Program-made: the position numbers and the translations under genes
Notes under the pieces: generated by a model
Seen by the model: only the letters and a program-made list of their open reading frames with translations
What the model was told of the DNA's origin: nothing
The model's database searches: none
Assembly: GCA_029260905.1 (NCBI GenBank)
Contig: JAJDCH010000016.1
Span: 2,985-66,984, forward strand
Source of the DNA: Candidatus Levyibacteriota bacterium
GTDB taxonomy: Bacteria > Patescibacteriota > Microgenomatia > Levybacterales > UBA12049
Reading direction: 5' to 3'
Length of the DNA stretch: 64,000 bases
Shown here: positions 51,439-59,854 of the stretch, piece after piece
Layout: every line of letters begins with the position of its first letter
How positions within the stretch are numbered: position 1 is the first letter of the stretch

Positions 51439-51795
51439 ATGTTGGGACGTTTTGAGGAGCAGGATATATCTTCTCAACTAAGAGAGCTTGAAAAAGATAA
51501 AAAAATGCAAAGTTTTGAGGATAAGGTGTTGGCAACAATAGGCATCATGAATATTAAAGGGTATAGAGCTTCTATTGGAAATATCGCTCAAGCAGTTGAA
51601 TCTGGATTTCCGGAATTGAGAGGCAGGCTTGCTTCAGAACAACTGAATGTTCAGGAATTTTTACCTGATATTTTAGGTCATCTTGGGGCTATGGGATTTG
51701 TAGAATCAAGAAGGCCTAAGATTATTTTTAGAAGATTGAAACCAAGGTATAAGCTGACAGATTTTTTAAATCTTCCCGCTCCAGCAAAAGCATAA
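51439..51795 (+). CDS. Orphan hypothetical protein (possible winged helix)
   Basis: TTGACA-16-TATACT upstream; 'L..L...G.VES...Y.LT' resembles a wHTH. Confidence 0.55.
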   Translation: MLGRFEEQDISSQLRELEKDKKMQSFEDKVLATIGIMNIKGYRASIGNIAQAVESGFPELRGRLASEQLNVQEFLPDILGHLGAMGFVESRRPKIIFRRLKPRYKLTDFLNLPAPAKA

Positions 51796-51845
51796 ATATC
51801 TTTTCCCAATTTGTAAATACATACCCCAAGGTATAAAATAGCTTT

Positions 51846-52616
51846 ATGCAAAAGAAGCAGAAAATATTTTTACCTTTTTTAGTTTTTATAATTTTTTCTC
51901 TTCTGATTTTTTTTCTTTCTTCAAATAACTTACTTAGTGGTTTTACATCTGGTCTTGAAAATATGACAAATCCTATCAGGCAAACGATCTATAATGCTTT
52001 TGGTAAATCAGAGACAGATACGGAGCAATTGAAAAAACTCAAAAATGAAAACATTCGTCTTGCAGCAGAATTATCTGATAAAAGAGAACAGGATCTAGAA
52101 ATAGCAGCGCTTCGTGCGCAATTTGCATCAGATTATCCCAGTCCCAAAAAACTGTTGCCTGCATCAATAATAGGAAGAAACGATAAAGAATTTATAATTA
52201 ACAAGGGAGAAAAAGACGGTGTAGACAAAGAAAGTGTTGTTGTTTATGAAGACAATCTGGTTGGAGTGATTGGTAAAGAAACTGGTCATTTGTCAGCTGT
52301 TTTATTTCTTACAGATGAGAATGTCTCTTTCACGGCAAAGACCAGTAAGACTGGCGCAAAAGGAGTTCTTGTCGGAGATGGGGGAGGCATGGTTTTGCAA
52401 AATGTTACGCTCTCTGACAAGCTTGAAAAAGGTGATTTGGTGGTAACCTCCGGGAATGTAGATAGCAAAGGAGGAATACCGCCTGATCTGGTTGTTGGGA
52501 AAATTATCTCAATAAACAAGAAATCAAGTGATGTATTTCAATCTGCAGAGGTGAAGAGTCTTGTTGATATAGAATCGCTTGAGACAGTATTTGTCAAAAT
52601 AGCTGATAGCTTATAA
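51846..52616 (+). CDS. mreC: Rod shape-determining protein MreC
   Basis: TM, coiled coil, INKG..DGV, GDLVVTSG, P...VG.I. Confidence 0.9.
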   Translation: MQKKQKIFLPFLVFIIFSLLIFFLSSNNLLSGFTSGLENMTNPIRQTIYNAFGKSETDTEQLKKLKNENIRLAAELSDKREQDLEIAALRAQFASDYPSPKKLLPASIIGRNDKEFIINKGEKDGVDKESVVVYEDNLVGVIGKETGHLSAVLFLTDENVSFTAKTSKTGAKGVLVGDGGGMVLQNVTLSDKLEKGDLVVTSGNVDSKGGIPPDLVVGKIISINKKSSDVFQSAEVKSLVDIESLETVFVKIADSL

Positions 52617-52619
52617 TTT

Positions 52620-53033
52620 ATGTTTATTTTTTTACTTGTTTGTTTATTTTTGGTAATCGTTTTGCTCGAGGGAACTACTGTTTCAGTACCTCTCTCATTT
52701 ATTGCTCTTTTGCTTTTGACGATTTATAAAAGAGACAGTTTTGTTTTTTTCCCAGCATTTTTTTCAGGAATTTTTCTTGACGTGTTACTTCTAAGACCAA
52801 TTGGCGCAACTAGTTTGTATTTTCTGATCTTTTGCTTTCTTATTCTTTTGTATCAGCGAAAATATGAGATAAGATCATATCCGTTTGTGATCGTCAGTTC
52901 ATTTATAGGTTCATATTTCTATTTGCTTATTTTAAATGGTAGCGCTGCTTTGGGGCTATCTATAATTTCATCAATTGTAGCGCTTAGCTTATTTTTGGGG
53001 TTTAGTACAAGTAGTTTTCGAAGCAAGAAGTAG
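52620..53033 (+). CDS. mreD: MreD-like membrane protein
   Basis: Hydrophobic, 'G.FLDV....IG'; lies between mreC and pbp2. Confidence 0.65.
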   Translation: MFIFLLVCLFLVIVLLEGTTVSVPLSFIALLLLTIYKRDSFVFFPAFFSGIFLDVLLLRPIGATSLYFLIFCFLILLYQRKYEIRSYPFVIVSSFIGSYFYLLILNGSAALGLSIISSIVALSLFLGFSTSSFRSKK

Positions 53034-53096
53034 GAGTTGGGAATTATGGTTTCTTTTATTTTCCTAATTCATTATTCTTAATTTATTATTCATATT

Positions 53097-54911
53097 ATGA
53101 AAACAGGTCCAATTTTTGGTGAACAGATAAGAACCGAAAAAATCAGAAAAAGAAGGTATGATGGTGATGGATTCAAAGTGAAAACAAGGGATTTTTTTCT
53201 GCCAGTTGTTTTGTTTTTTGCTGCAGCTGTACTTATCTTTCAACTATTCTCACTTCAAATAGTCAGAGGAGAAGAGTATAGGCAGCTTTCTGATTCCAAC
53301 AGAATTCGTACCAAAATTGTTCATGCGCCAAGGGGTGTTATTTTTGATAGAAATGGTACTCCGCTTGTTATCAATTCACCTGGATTTAGACAAACGGTAG
53401 AAGATAAGGATTGCGATAATTGCACAAAAACAAAAGCTCTCTCAAAAGATGAAGCGCTTCCTTTAATAGCAAAAGGCATAAAGAATATAGAAGTTGATAG
53501 CCTGCGTGAATATTCTTACAAAGATTCATTGGCGCACGTTCTTGGCTATATCGGGCAGATATCAGAAGTGGAGTTAAAAAGTCCGACATTTTTTGATTAT
53601 CAGGCAAATTCTTGGATAGGAAAATCAGGCATTGAAAGGCAATATGAAGAAATTCTCAAGGGAGTGGATGGAAAAGAATTGGTGGAGATTGATGCAGCGG
53701 GTAGAGAGGTCAGACCGCTTGGACGGACAGATCCTTTTCCTGGTACTGATATCACGTTGACGATAGATGCAAAGCTTCAAGAAGCTGTATATGATGCCAC
53801 AAAAGATGTAAAAAAAGGAGCAGTGGTTGTTTCTACGCCTGATGGGCAAATACTCGCCATGATATCTCGTCCGAGTTTTGATCCAAATCTTTTTACTCTT
53901 GGTAGTAAATATGAAACAGCTAGCACTTCAGCATATAAAAATATTGAGTCAATATTGACAGATAATACAAGTCAGCCTGTTTTGAATAGAGTAATAGGTG
54001 GTGTGTATCCGCCTGGTTCTACTTTTAAAATTATTACAGCTGCTGGAGGACTTGAAGAAAGCGCGATTGATAAAAGCTATACAGTTGAAGATACAGGGAT
54101 TTTGAGAGTCGGGGAGTTTTCTTTTGCAAATTGGTACTACACTGATTATGGAAGAACTGAGCCGGGTAAGTTAAATGTGGTTCGGGGACTTTCCAGATCA
54201 AATGACATTTTTTTCTACAAATTAGCAGAAAAGATCGGAGTTGACAATCTTTCTAGATTTGCAGAGAAATGGGGTTTGGGAGAAAAAACAGGCATTGATC
54301 TTGGCGGTGAAGTAAAAGGATTGGTTCCAGATCCAAACTGGAAAAAAGAGGTAATCGGTGAGAGCTGGTATTTGGGAGATACATTTATTTTTGGAATTGG
54401 GCAGGGATTTTTATTGACAACACCACTTCAGGTAAATAGTTTTACAGAAATTGTTGCCAATGGTGGCACGCTTTATCAACCGCGGTTGATAAAAACGCAA
54501 AGCGCAAAACGAAAAGAGCAAAACTTATTAAACCAGAAGAATAGAGAATTGATCCGACAGGGAATGATTGATAGTTGTAGTTCAGGAGTTGGTGTTGCTT
54601 GGCCATTGTTTAATTTTAGTGTAGATAGCAAAGGATTAGAGGAAAAGATCGATAGTAAGAATTATTTTGAAGTTAAGACTGGATCTGATTCTGCTGCTTT
54701 GAAAGATCAAGTGGGTATAAGTATTGCCTGCAAGACAGGTACTGCACAGCATGGAGGCGAAGAGACATTGCCACATGCCTGGATCACGCTCTTTGCACCA
54801 GCCTATGATCCTGAAATAGTCATAACTGTCTTGAATGAAGAAAGTGGTGAGGGATCCAATAAAGCCGCACCAATCGCTAAAGAAATTCTAAAGGCATATT
54901 TTACCCAATAA
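53097..54911 (+). CDS. mrdA: Penicillin-binding protein 2 (class B)
   Basis: APRGVIFDRNG, STFK, SND, KTGTAQ. Confidence 0.93.
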   Translation: MKTGPIFGEQIRTEKIRKRRYDGDGFKVKTRDFFLPVVLFFAAAVLIFQLFSLQIVRGEEYRQLSDSNRIRTKIVHAPRGVIFDRNGTPLVINSPGFRQTVEDKDCDNCTKTKALSKDEALPLIAKGIKNIEVDSLREYSYKDSLAHVLGYIGQISEVELKSPTFFDYQANSWIGKSGIERQYEEILKGVDGKELVEIDAAGREVRPLGRTDPFPGTDITLTIDAKLQEAVYDATKDVKKGAVVVSTPDGQILAMISRPSFDPNLFTLGSKYETASTSAYKNIESILTDNTSQPVLNRVIGGVYPPGSTFKIITAAGGLEESAIDKSYTVEDTGILRVGEFSFANWYYTDYGRTEPGKLNVVRGLSRSNDIFFYKLAEKIGVDNLSRFAEKWGLGEKTGIDLGGEVKGLVPDPNWKKEVIGESWYLGDTFIFGIGQGFLLTTPLQVNSFTEIVANGGTLYQPRLIKTQSAKRKEQNLLNQKNRELIRQGMIDSCSSGVGVAWPLFNFSVDSKGLEEKIDSKNYFEVKTGSDSAALKDQVGISIACKTGTAQHGGEETLPHAWITLFAPAYDPEIVITVLNEESGEGSNKAAPIAKEILKAYFTQ

Positions 54912-54964
54912 TACTATAGGGCTTGAAATCTACAGAGAGAGAGAGAGTAAAATTCTGCCTAATT

Positions 54965-55262
54965 ATGGCAGAAAAAAGTCCAAAAATAACAAACCTACCT
55001 ATAGCTGGGAGGGGTGAAATGATTGCTTCTGAGATTGAGCAAGAGCTTAGTGGATCTAAAAAGATAAGTAAAATCTTTTAAGGAATTGGTAATAGGAGAT
55101 GTTAGGCGACAAATGAGTATGAATAGGATCGATCCTACTAGTGCTTGTTTTGATGATTTTAGCTATCTAGATTTAGATCCAGAGGTAGAGGAGGCGAAGA
55201 GAGATCCGGTAATAGGAAGCGAAAAGATTGGACCTGACCAAAATCATTTTCCCAAAAGCTAA
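54965..55262 (+). pseudogene. Frameshifted orphan ORF (about 98 aa if repaired)
   Basis: MAEKSPK...KISKIF* stops at 55081; the +1 frame continues KELVIGDV...HFPKS* to 55262. Confidence 0.4.
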
Positions 55263-55573
55263 AATTTATTTACTTTTTTCAAAAATTTGGTTTTCTGCTA
55301 ATGTTTTTTCCTAGAAACGACTCATCTATTTTTAGTTAGTTAAGATTTTTAGTCTTTTTAATATAGTCAAAGTAAATTGTTTCACAAATTTACGATACAA
55401 TATTATCCTTTATTATTCCTACACATCTTTTTTACACGATCGTCTTAAAAAAATGTGTAGTCAAAATGTATAATAATGTATTTTTTATGAATGGGATTGA
55501 GCTTTTCTGGTGTGTGGTTTGGGGAAAATCAGTTGACAACAAAGACCAAATTGATAATAATGCAGCTAATTAT

Positions 55574-55852
55574 ATGGGTAAAATAGTCGAGAGTTATGGG
55601 GATATTCGACAGATGCAGAGAGAGGCAGGAAGTGCCATAGTTTGCTCCATGAGAAAGGCAGGACATGGCTTGCCGAGAACTGGAATTTTATTTGCTGTTC
55701 ACAAGGATGTGAGGGATAAGTTGGGTCCTGCAGTTATGGATGTAGCTCTTGGTCGGTTGATAGATTCGGGAAGGGTATGGACGAGGCGGTTTAGAAGAGA
55801 GGAAAACGAGCCTATTGTTTACTATCTGCGGAGGGATCTAAAAAATGGCTAA
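55574..55852 (+). CDS. Orphan hypothetical protein (possible winged helix)
   Basis: Start MGKIVES after TTGACA...GATAAT; 'ALGRLIDSGRV...YYL'. Confidence 0.5.
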   Translation: MGKIVESYGDIRQMQREAGSAIVCSMRKAGHGLPRTGILFAVHKDVRDKLGPAVMDVALGRLIDSGRVWTRRFRREENEPIVYYLRRDLKNG

Positions 55853-55860
55853 GAAGGAGA

Positions 55861-56046
55861 CTATTTTCTTCGGAATAATGTCCTCATTTTTGATTTATTT
55901 GGTGGTGGTTCATTTCTCTCTGTATCTTTATTTATTTCGCGTGCACGCGCGGAGCCACTAGGCACAAAAAGAAGGTATTCCCAAGCCTCAGGTTTTCTTC
56001 TCTGACCGGGTTTAAATCCTCTTGAGAGTTTCTCTACATGAGCCAT
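55861..56046 (-). CDS. Small orphan hypothetical protein
   Basis: MAHVEK... with TTGACA upstream; convergent with the previous ORF. Confidence 0.4.
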   Translation of the reverse strand: MAHVEKLSRGFKPGQRRKPEAWEYLLFVPSGSARAREINKDTERNEPPPNKSKMRTLFRRK

Positions 56047-56278
56047 GATGTCCAACAGCTTATAATTTAATTATTAACGCCCTAGATTTTTTTGTCAACA
56101 GGGCAATTTTTGTTGATATACCTAGACAATGGCTGAGAGATCTTATTGGCTTGGGTTTTTATATTTTTGGGTTGTTTCAAAAATCGTTAATACATCGTTT
56201 GGGGATTAGAAATTTTTGAAATAATCTGTATTTTCTTGACAATTTTTATATACGATCGTCATAATAAATTGTGTAGAT

Positions 56279-56824
56279 ATGAAAAATAGAAGTGTGGTAT
56301 CCAGAGGTTTGACTAAGGCTATTTTGGGTGGAATTGCTGCTGGGGCAGTTATTGGAACGGCATTGATTTTTCCGGCAGCAGGATTTCTCTATAAAGAATT
56401 TAAGAAAGAGCAGTGGAAAAACGTAAAGAAGAGAGGAGTGCTTAGTTCAACTATCAAAAGGCTTGAAAAGCAGAATCTCATTGCATGGAAAGAGGTTGAT
56501 GGACAGCTGAGGCTGGTTTTGACAGAAAATGGGAGAAAAAAGGTGCTGCAATTTGATATCGACAACTTGCAGATCAAAAAGTCATCTAAATGGGATAAAT
56601 TATGGAGGGTAATTGTTTTTGATATCCCAGAAGAGAAACGGACTGCACGAGATATGTTGCGTAGAAAACTTCGAGAGCTTGAGTTTAGTCAGCTTCAGAA
56701 AAGTGTTTTTGTATCACGTTTTGAGTGCAGAGATGAGGTAGATTTTCTTCGTCACGCCCTGGAAATCGCGCCATTTGTTCATTATATACTCGCAAAAGAC
56801 ATATCAGGTGTTCTGAAGAAGTGA
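56279..56824 (+). CDS. PaaX-like regulator (wHTH plus Cas2-like ferredoxin-fold domain)
   Basis: 'IKRLEKQNLI...LTENGRK' wHTH; 'WDKLWRVIVFDIPEEKR..RD.LRRKL....F.QLQKSVF'. Confidence 0.85.
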   Translation: MKNRSVVSRGLTKAILGGIAAGAVIGTALIFPAAGFLYKEFKKEQWKNVKKRGVLSSTIKRLEKQNLIAWKEVDGQLRLVLTENGRKKVLQFDIDNLQIKKSSKWDKLWRVIVFDIPEEKRTARDMLRRKLRELEFSQLQKSVFVSRFECRDEVDFLRHALEIAPFVHYILAKDISGVLKK

Positions 56825-56922
56825 CAATTTTTATCAACGATCGTCTCTAAAAATTGTGTAAATTGAGGTGGATTTTTGAGGATATAGTTCTGATGTATGG
56901 AATGGTTTTGATTTAAAATATT

Positions 56923-58011
56923 ATGATTGAAAAAAGTTATTGGTTGGGGTTTTCTGCATTTTCTGGCATTGGGCCAGGAAAGTTTGGAAAATTATTGGAA
57001 GAGTTTGGTTCTGCTGAAAAAGCATGGGGTGCAGATTCTAAAAGCTTGGAAAAGATGCTTGGCAAAGCGCTGACCCCCAAATTTATAGAATTCCGGAAAA
57101 AATTTTCTATCCCAAATTACGAAAATGAGCTCAAAAAAGCCAAAGTTAGCTATTTAATACTTGGAGACAAAGATTACCCAAAGCTTCTTAAGAAGATAAA
57201 AAAGCCTCCGTTTGTTTTGTATGTCAAAGGTAAGTTTGATTTTAACTCTGAAGAGAACGAGCGCTCAATTGCGATTGTAGGGACGCGGAAAATAACAGAA
57301 TATGGAAAGTCTGTGACTGAGAGCTTGACGGCTGATCTAGTAAATGCTGGATTTGTAATTGTTTCAGGGCTAGCACTAGGTGTAGATGCTACGGCTCATA
57401 GAACAACCCTTGGCAACCAGGGCAAGACTATAGCGGTTTTGGGTTGTGGTGTTGATTGTGTTTCTCCACGGGAGAATACAGCTCTTTATAATAGTATTAT
57501 TGAGAATAAAGGAGTTATTTTGTCTGAAGTGCCACTTGGTGAGCCTCCTAGTAAGGGTTCTTTTCCTTCCAGAAACAGAATCATTGCTGGGCTTTCACGA
57601 GCTGTGATTGTAACCGAGGGCGCATCAGGCAGCGGCGCTCTCTATACAGCTGAGGATGCGCTGGCTGCTAATAGACCTGTTTTTGCAGTGCCTGGACCAA
57701 TTACGTCCAGTCTTTCTAAAGGGCCAAATAGCTTGATAGCAAAAGGCGCGAAGCTGATTTCTTCGGCAAAAGATGTTGTTGATGATTTAGGATTTATGAT
57801 TAAAGATTTAAGCAGAACTGCTAAGAACCTAAGGGGAGAGACGAAAGAGGAACAGAAGATTATTGATTTGTTGATGAATGAAAATCTACATTTTGATGAG
57901 ATCGCGAAACGAACAGGAATTAAGTCATCAAAACTAGGAACTGTTTTGAGTATGATGGAGATGAAAAGCGTCTTGAAGGCATATGACGGTGGAGAATTTG
58001 GGTTAGTCTGA
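56923..58011 (+). CDS. dprA: DNA-processing protein DprA
   Basis: IAIVGTR, VSGLA.GVD..AH, FP.RNRIIAG, PGPI. Confidence 0.96.
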   Translation: MIEKSYWLGFSAFSGIGPGKFGKLLEEFGSAEKAWGADSKSLEKMLGKALTPKFIEFRKKFSIPNYENELKKAKVSYLILGDKDYPKLLKKIKKPPFVLYVKGKFDFNSEENERSIAIVGTRKITEYGKSVTESLTADLVNAGFVIVSGLALGVDATAHRTTLGNQGKTIAVLGCGVDCVSPRENTALYNSIIENKGVILSEVPLGEPPSKGSFPSRNRIIAGLSRAVIVTEGASGSGALYTAEDALAANRPVFAVPGPITSSLSKGPNSLIAKGAKLISSAKDVVDDLGFMIKDLSRTAKNLRGETKEEQKIIDLLMNENLHFDEIAKRTGIKSSKLGTVLSMMEMKSVLKAYDGGEFGLV

Positions 58012-58048
58012 GTTGACACCTGTAGCAGTCTAATCTACTCTAATAATA

Positions 58049-59752
58049 GTGAATAGATTAAGCACACTTTTGAGGAATAAAAGAAGCCTCGTAGGAGTTC
58101 TGGTAATTGTTTTTTTGATAGTTACCATTTTTATTATTGGAAATGGTTCTTTTGATGTTTCTAGAGATAAAAATGTTCCCATCCCAACTCCGACTCTTAT
58201 CCCGGGAGAAGATTATGTCTTAGGACAGATTGTGGTGAAGTTCAAAGAGGGTACTACTGATGAGGAGATAAATGGAAAAATTAGTAAATATGGCGCAAGG
58301 GTAAAATCAAAAATTGAAGGGGTTGGGGCTGTGGTGATAGAGGTTCCAGAGGGAAAGGAGCAGGAGATATGGGAAGAGCTATCCAGGGATAGCGATGTTG
58401 AATATTCTGAGCCTGATCCAATCTTTAAAATTCAATCAATACCAAATGATACAAATTTTGATAAGCAGTGGGGTTTATCAAATGTCGGACAGAAGATAGA
58501 AAATAGCAGAGGAGTTCCAGGTGTAGATATTAATGTTGTTGATGCATGGGATATAACAAAAGGGAGTGGTGTAAAGGTGGCGATTGTTGATAGTGGTATT
58601 GATGCAAGTCATCCTGATCTTTTAGGTAAAACAGTAATGGAAAGATCTTTTGCGACGAGTACAGCTCAGGACAGAATCGGTCATGGTACTCACATTGCAG
58701 GCATAATTGCAGCAAAAATAAACAATAATGATGGGGTTGCAGGTGTGTGTCCTGACTGCAGTCTCATTGTTGCAAAGGTTGTGGATGAAAATGGTTCAGC
58801 AATTGGATCATCTGTTTTCAATGGAATTACATGGGCAGCAGATAGCGGAGCAAAAGTGATAAATATAAGTATGGTAACAGTATCAACTTCCCAAACTTTG
58901 GAGAATGTTATAAATCATGCATGGAATAAGGGGGCTGTGATTGTGGCTGCTGCCGGAAATGCTGGAAATTCAACAAAGCTTTACCCTGCAGGGCTTTCAA
59001 ATGTTATTTCAGTTGCAAATATAAACAATAGGGGAGATAGATTTTCCAATTCGAGTTATGGAGGTTGGGTTGACATAGCAGCTCCAGGCGCAGATATCTA
59101 CTCAACTCTTCCGACAAGATCTTATCATTTTCAAAATGTTTATAAAACTTCCTTGAATTATGATTATCTTTCAGGAACATCTCAAGCATCCCCTCATGTT
59201 GCGGGTGTTGCGGCTCTTATCTGGTCAACCAAATATGGCACCTCCAATCAAGCAGTTGTTGATAGGTTGTTTGCAACAGCAGATAAGATATCAGGAACAG
59301 GAACTTATTGGAAGTATGGCAGAGTAAATGCCTTTATGGCTGTAAGAAATGATCCTGTTATTCCAACTACCATCCCAACTATCGTGCCAATACCCACTTT
59401 GACTAAGCCACCTGTAAGCGGTGTGGTGCCTACTCATTATTGTCTTGGATCATGTCCTGGTCCAACTGATCCGGTGGTAACATTGGAGCCAACCCTCGCC
59501 CCTGGAAAACCGTCTCCAACATTTGGTCCAACACCTATTATCCGTTGCCTGGGTCTATGTCCAGAGGAACCAACACCTACAGTTTCTCCATCAACTCAGT
59601 CAAAATCAGGATCAGGTAGCACGAACTCATCTGGAGGTGGAGCTGATCAAGGCTCTGTTAGAAGAGCGATATATGAGAGTATAAATAAGATGTTTGAAGA
59701 GCTAAACAAACAATTTCCGTTTTTGAATCTGCAACCTCTGTTGATTCCTTGA
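58049..59752 (+). CDS. S8 serine protease with Pro/Thr-rich tail carrying two CLGxCP motifs
   Basis: AIVDSG, HGTHIAG, GTSQASPHVAG; N-terminal TM. Confidence 0.92.
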   Translation: MNRLSTLLRNKRSLVGVLVIVFLIVTIFIIGNGSFDVSRDKNVPIPTPTLIPGEDYVLGQIVVKFKEGTTDEEINGKISKYGARVKSKIEGVGAVVIEVPEGKEQEIWEELSRDSDVEYSEPDPIFKIQSIPNDTNFDKQWGLSNVGQKIENSRGVPGVDINVVDAWDITKGSGVKVAIVDSGIDASHPDLLGKTVMERSFATSTAQDRIGHGTHIAGIIAAKINNNDGVAGVCPDCSLIVAKVVDENGSAIGSSVFNGITWAADSGAKVINISMVTVSTSQTLENVINHAWNKGAVIVAAAGNAGNSTKLYPAGLSNVISVANINNRGDRFSNSSYGGWVDIAAPGADIYSTLPTRSYHFQNVYKTSLNYDYLSGTSQASPHVAGVAALIWSTKYGTSNQAVVDRLFATADKISGTGTYWKYGRVNAFMAVRNDPVIPTTIPTIVPIPTLTKPPVSGVVPTHYCLGSCPGPTDPVVTLEPTLAPGKPSPTFGPTPIIRCLGLCPEEPTPTVSPSTQSKSGSGSTNSSGGGADQGSVRRAIYESINKMFEELNKQFPFLNLQPLLIP

Positions 59753-59854
59753 TGATTGACACATGCCATAGTGATTGTTATATTGTCCTATTGCTGAATG
59801 GCTTTACTTTTTCTGATAACAATGTAACAATTTAGCAATGCAATATATAGAATT

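Larger units (their letters stand above)
55419..56861. repeat. Three imperfect 42-bp palindromes centred on ACGATCGT (55419-55460, 56235-56276, 56820-56861)
   Basis: Approximate consensus ACA(A/T)(T/C)TTTT-n-ACGATCGT-C-n-AAA(A/T)TGTGTA. Confidence 0.85.

Noticed and set aside
56279-56824. CRISPR-Cas locus suggested by the Cas2-like motif and nearby repeats
   Set aside because: No cas1 or effector genes; the repeats are hundreds of bases apart and imperfect; the protein has an N-terminal wHTH as in PaaX.
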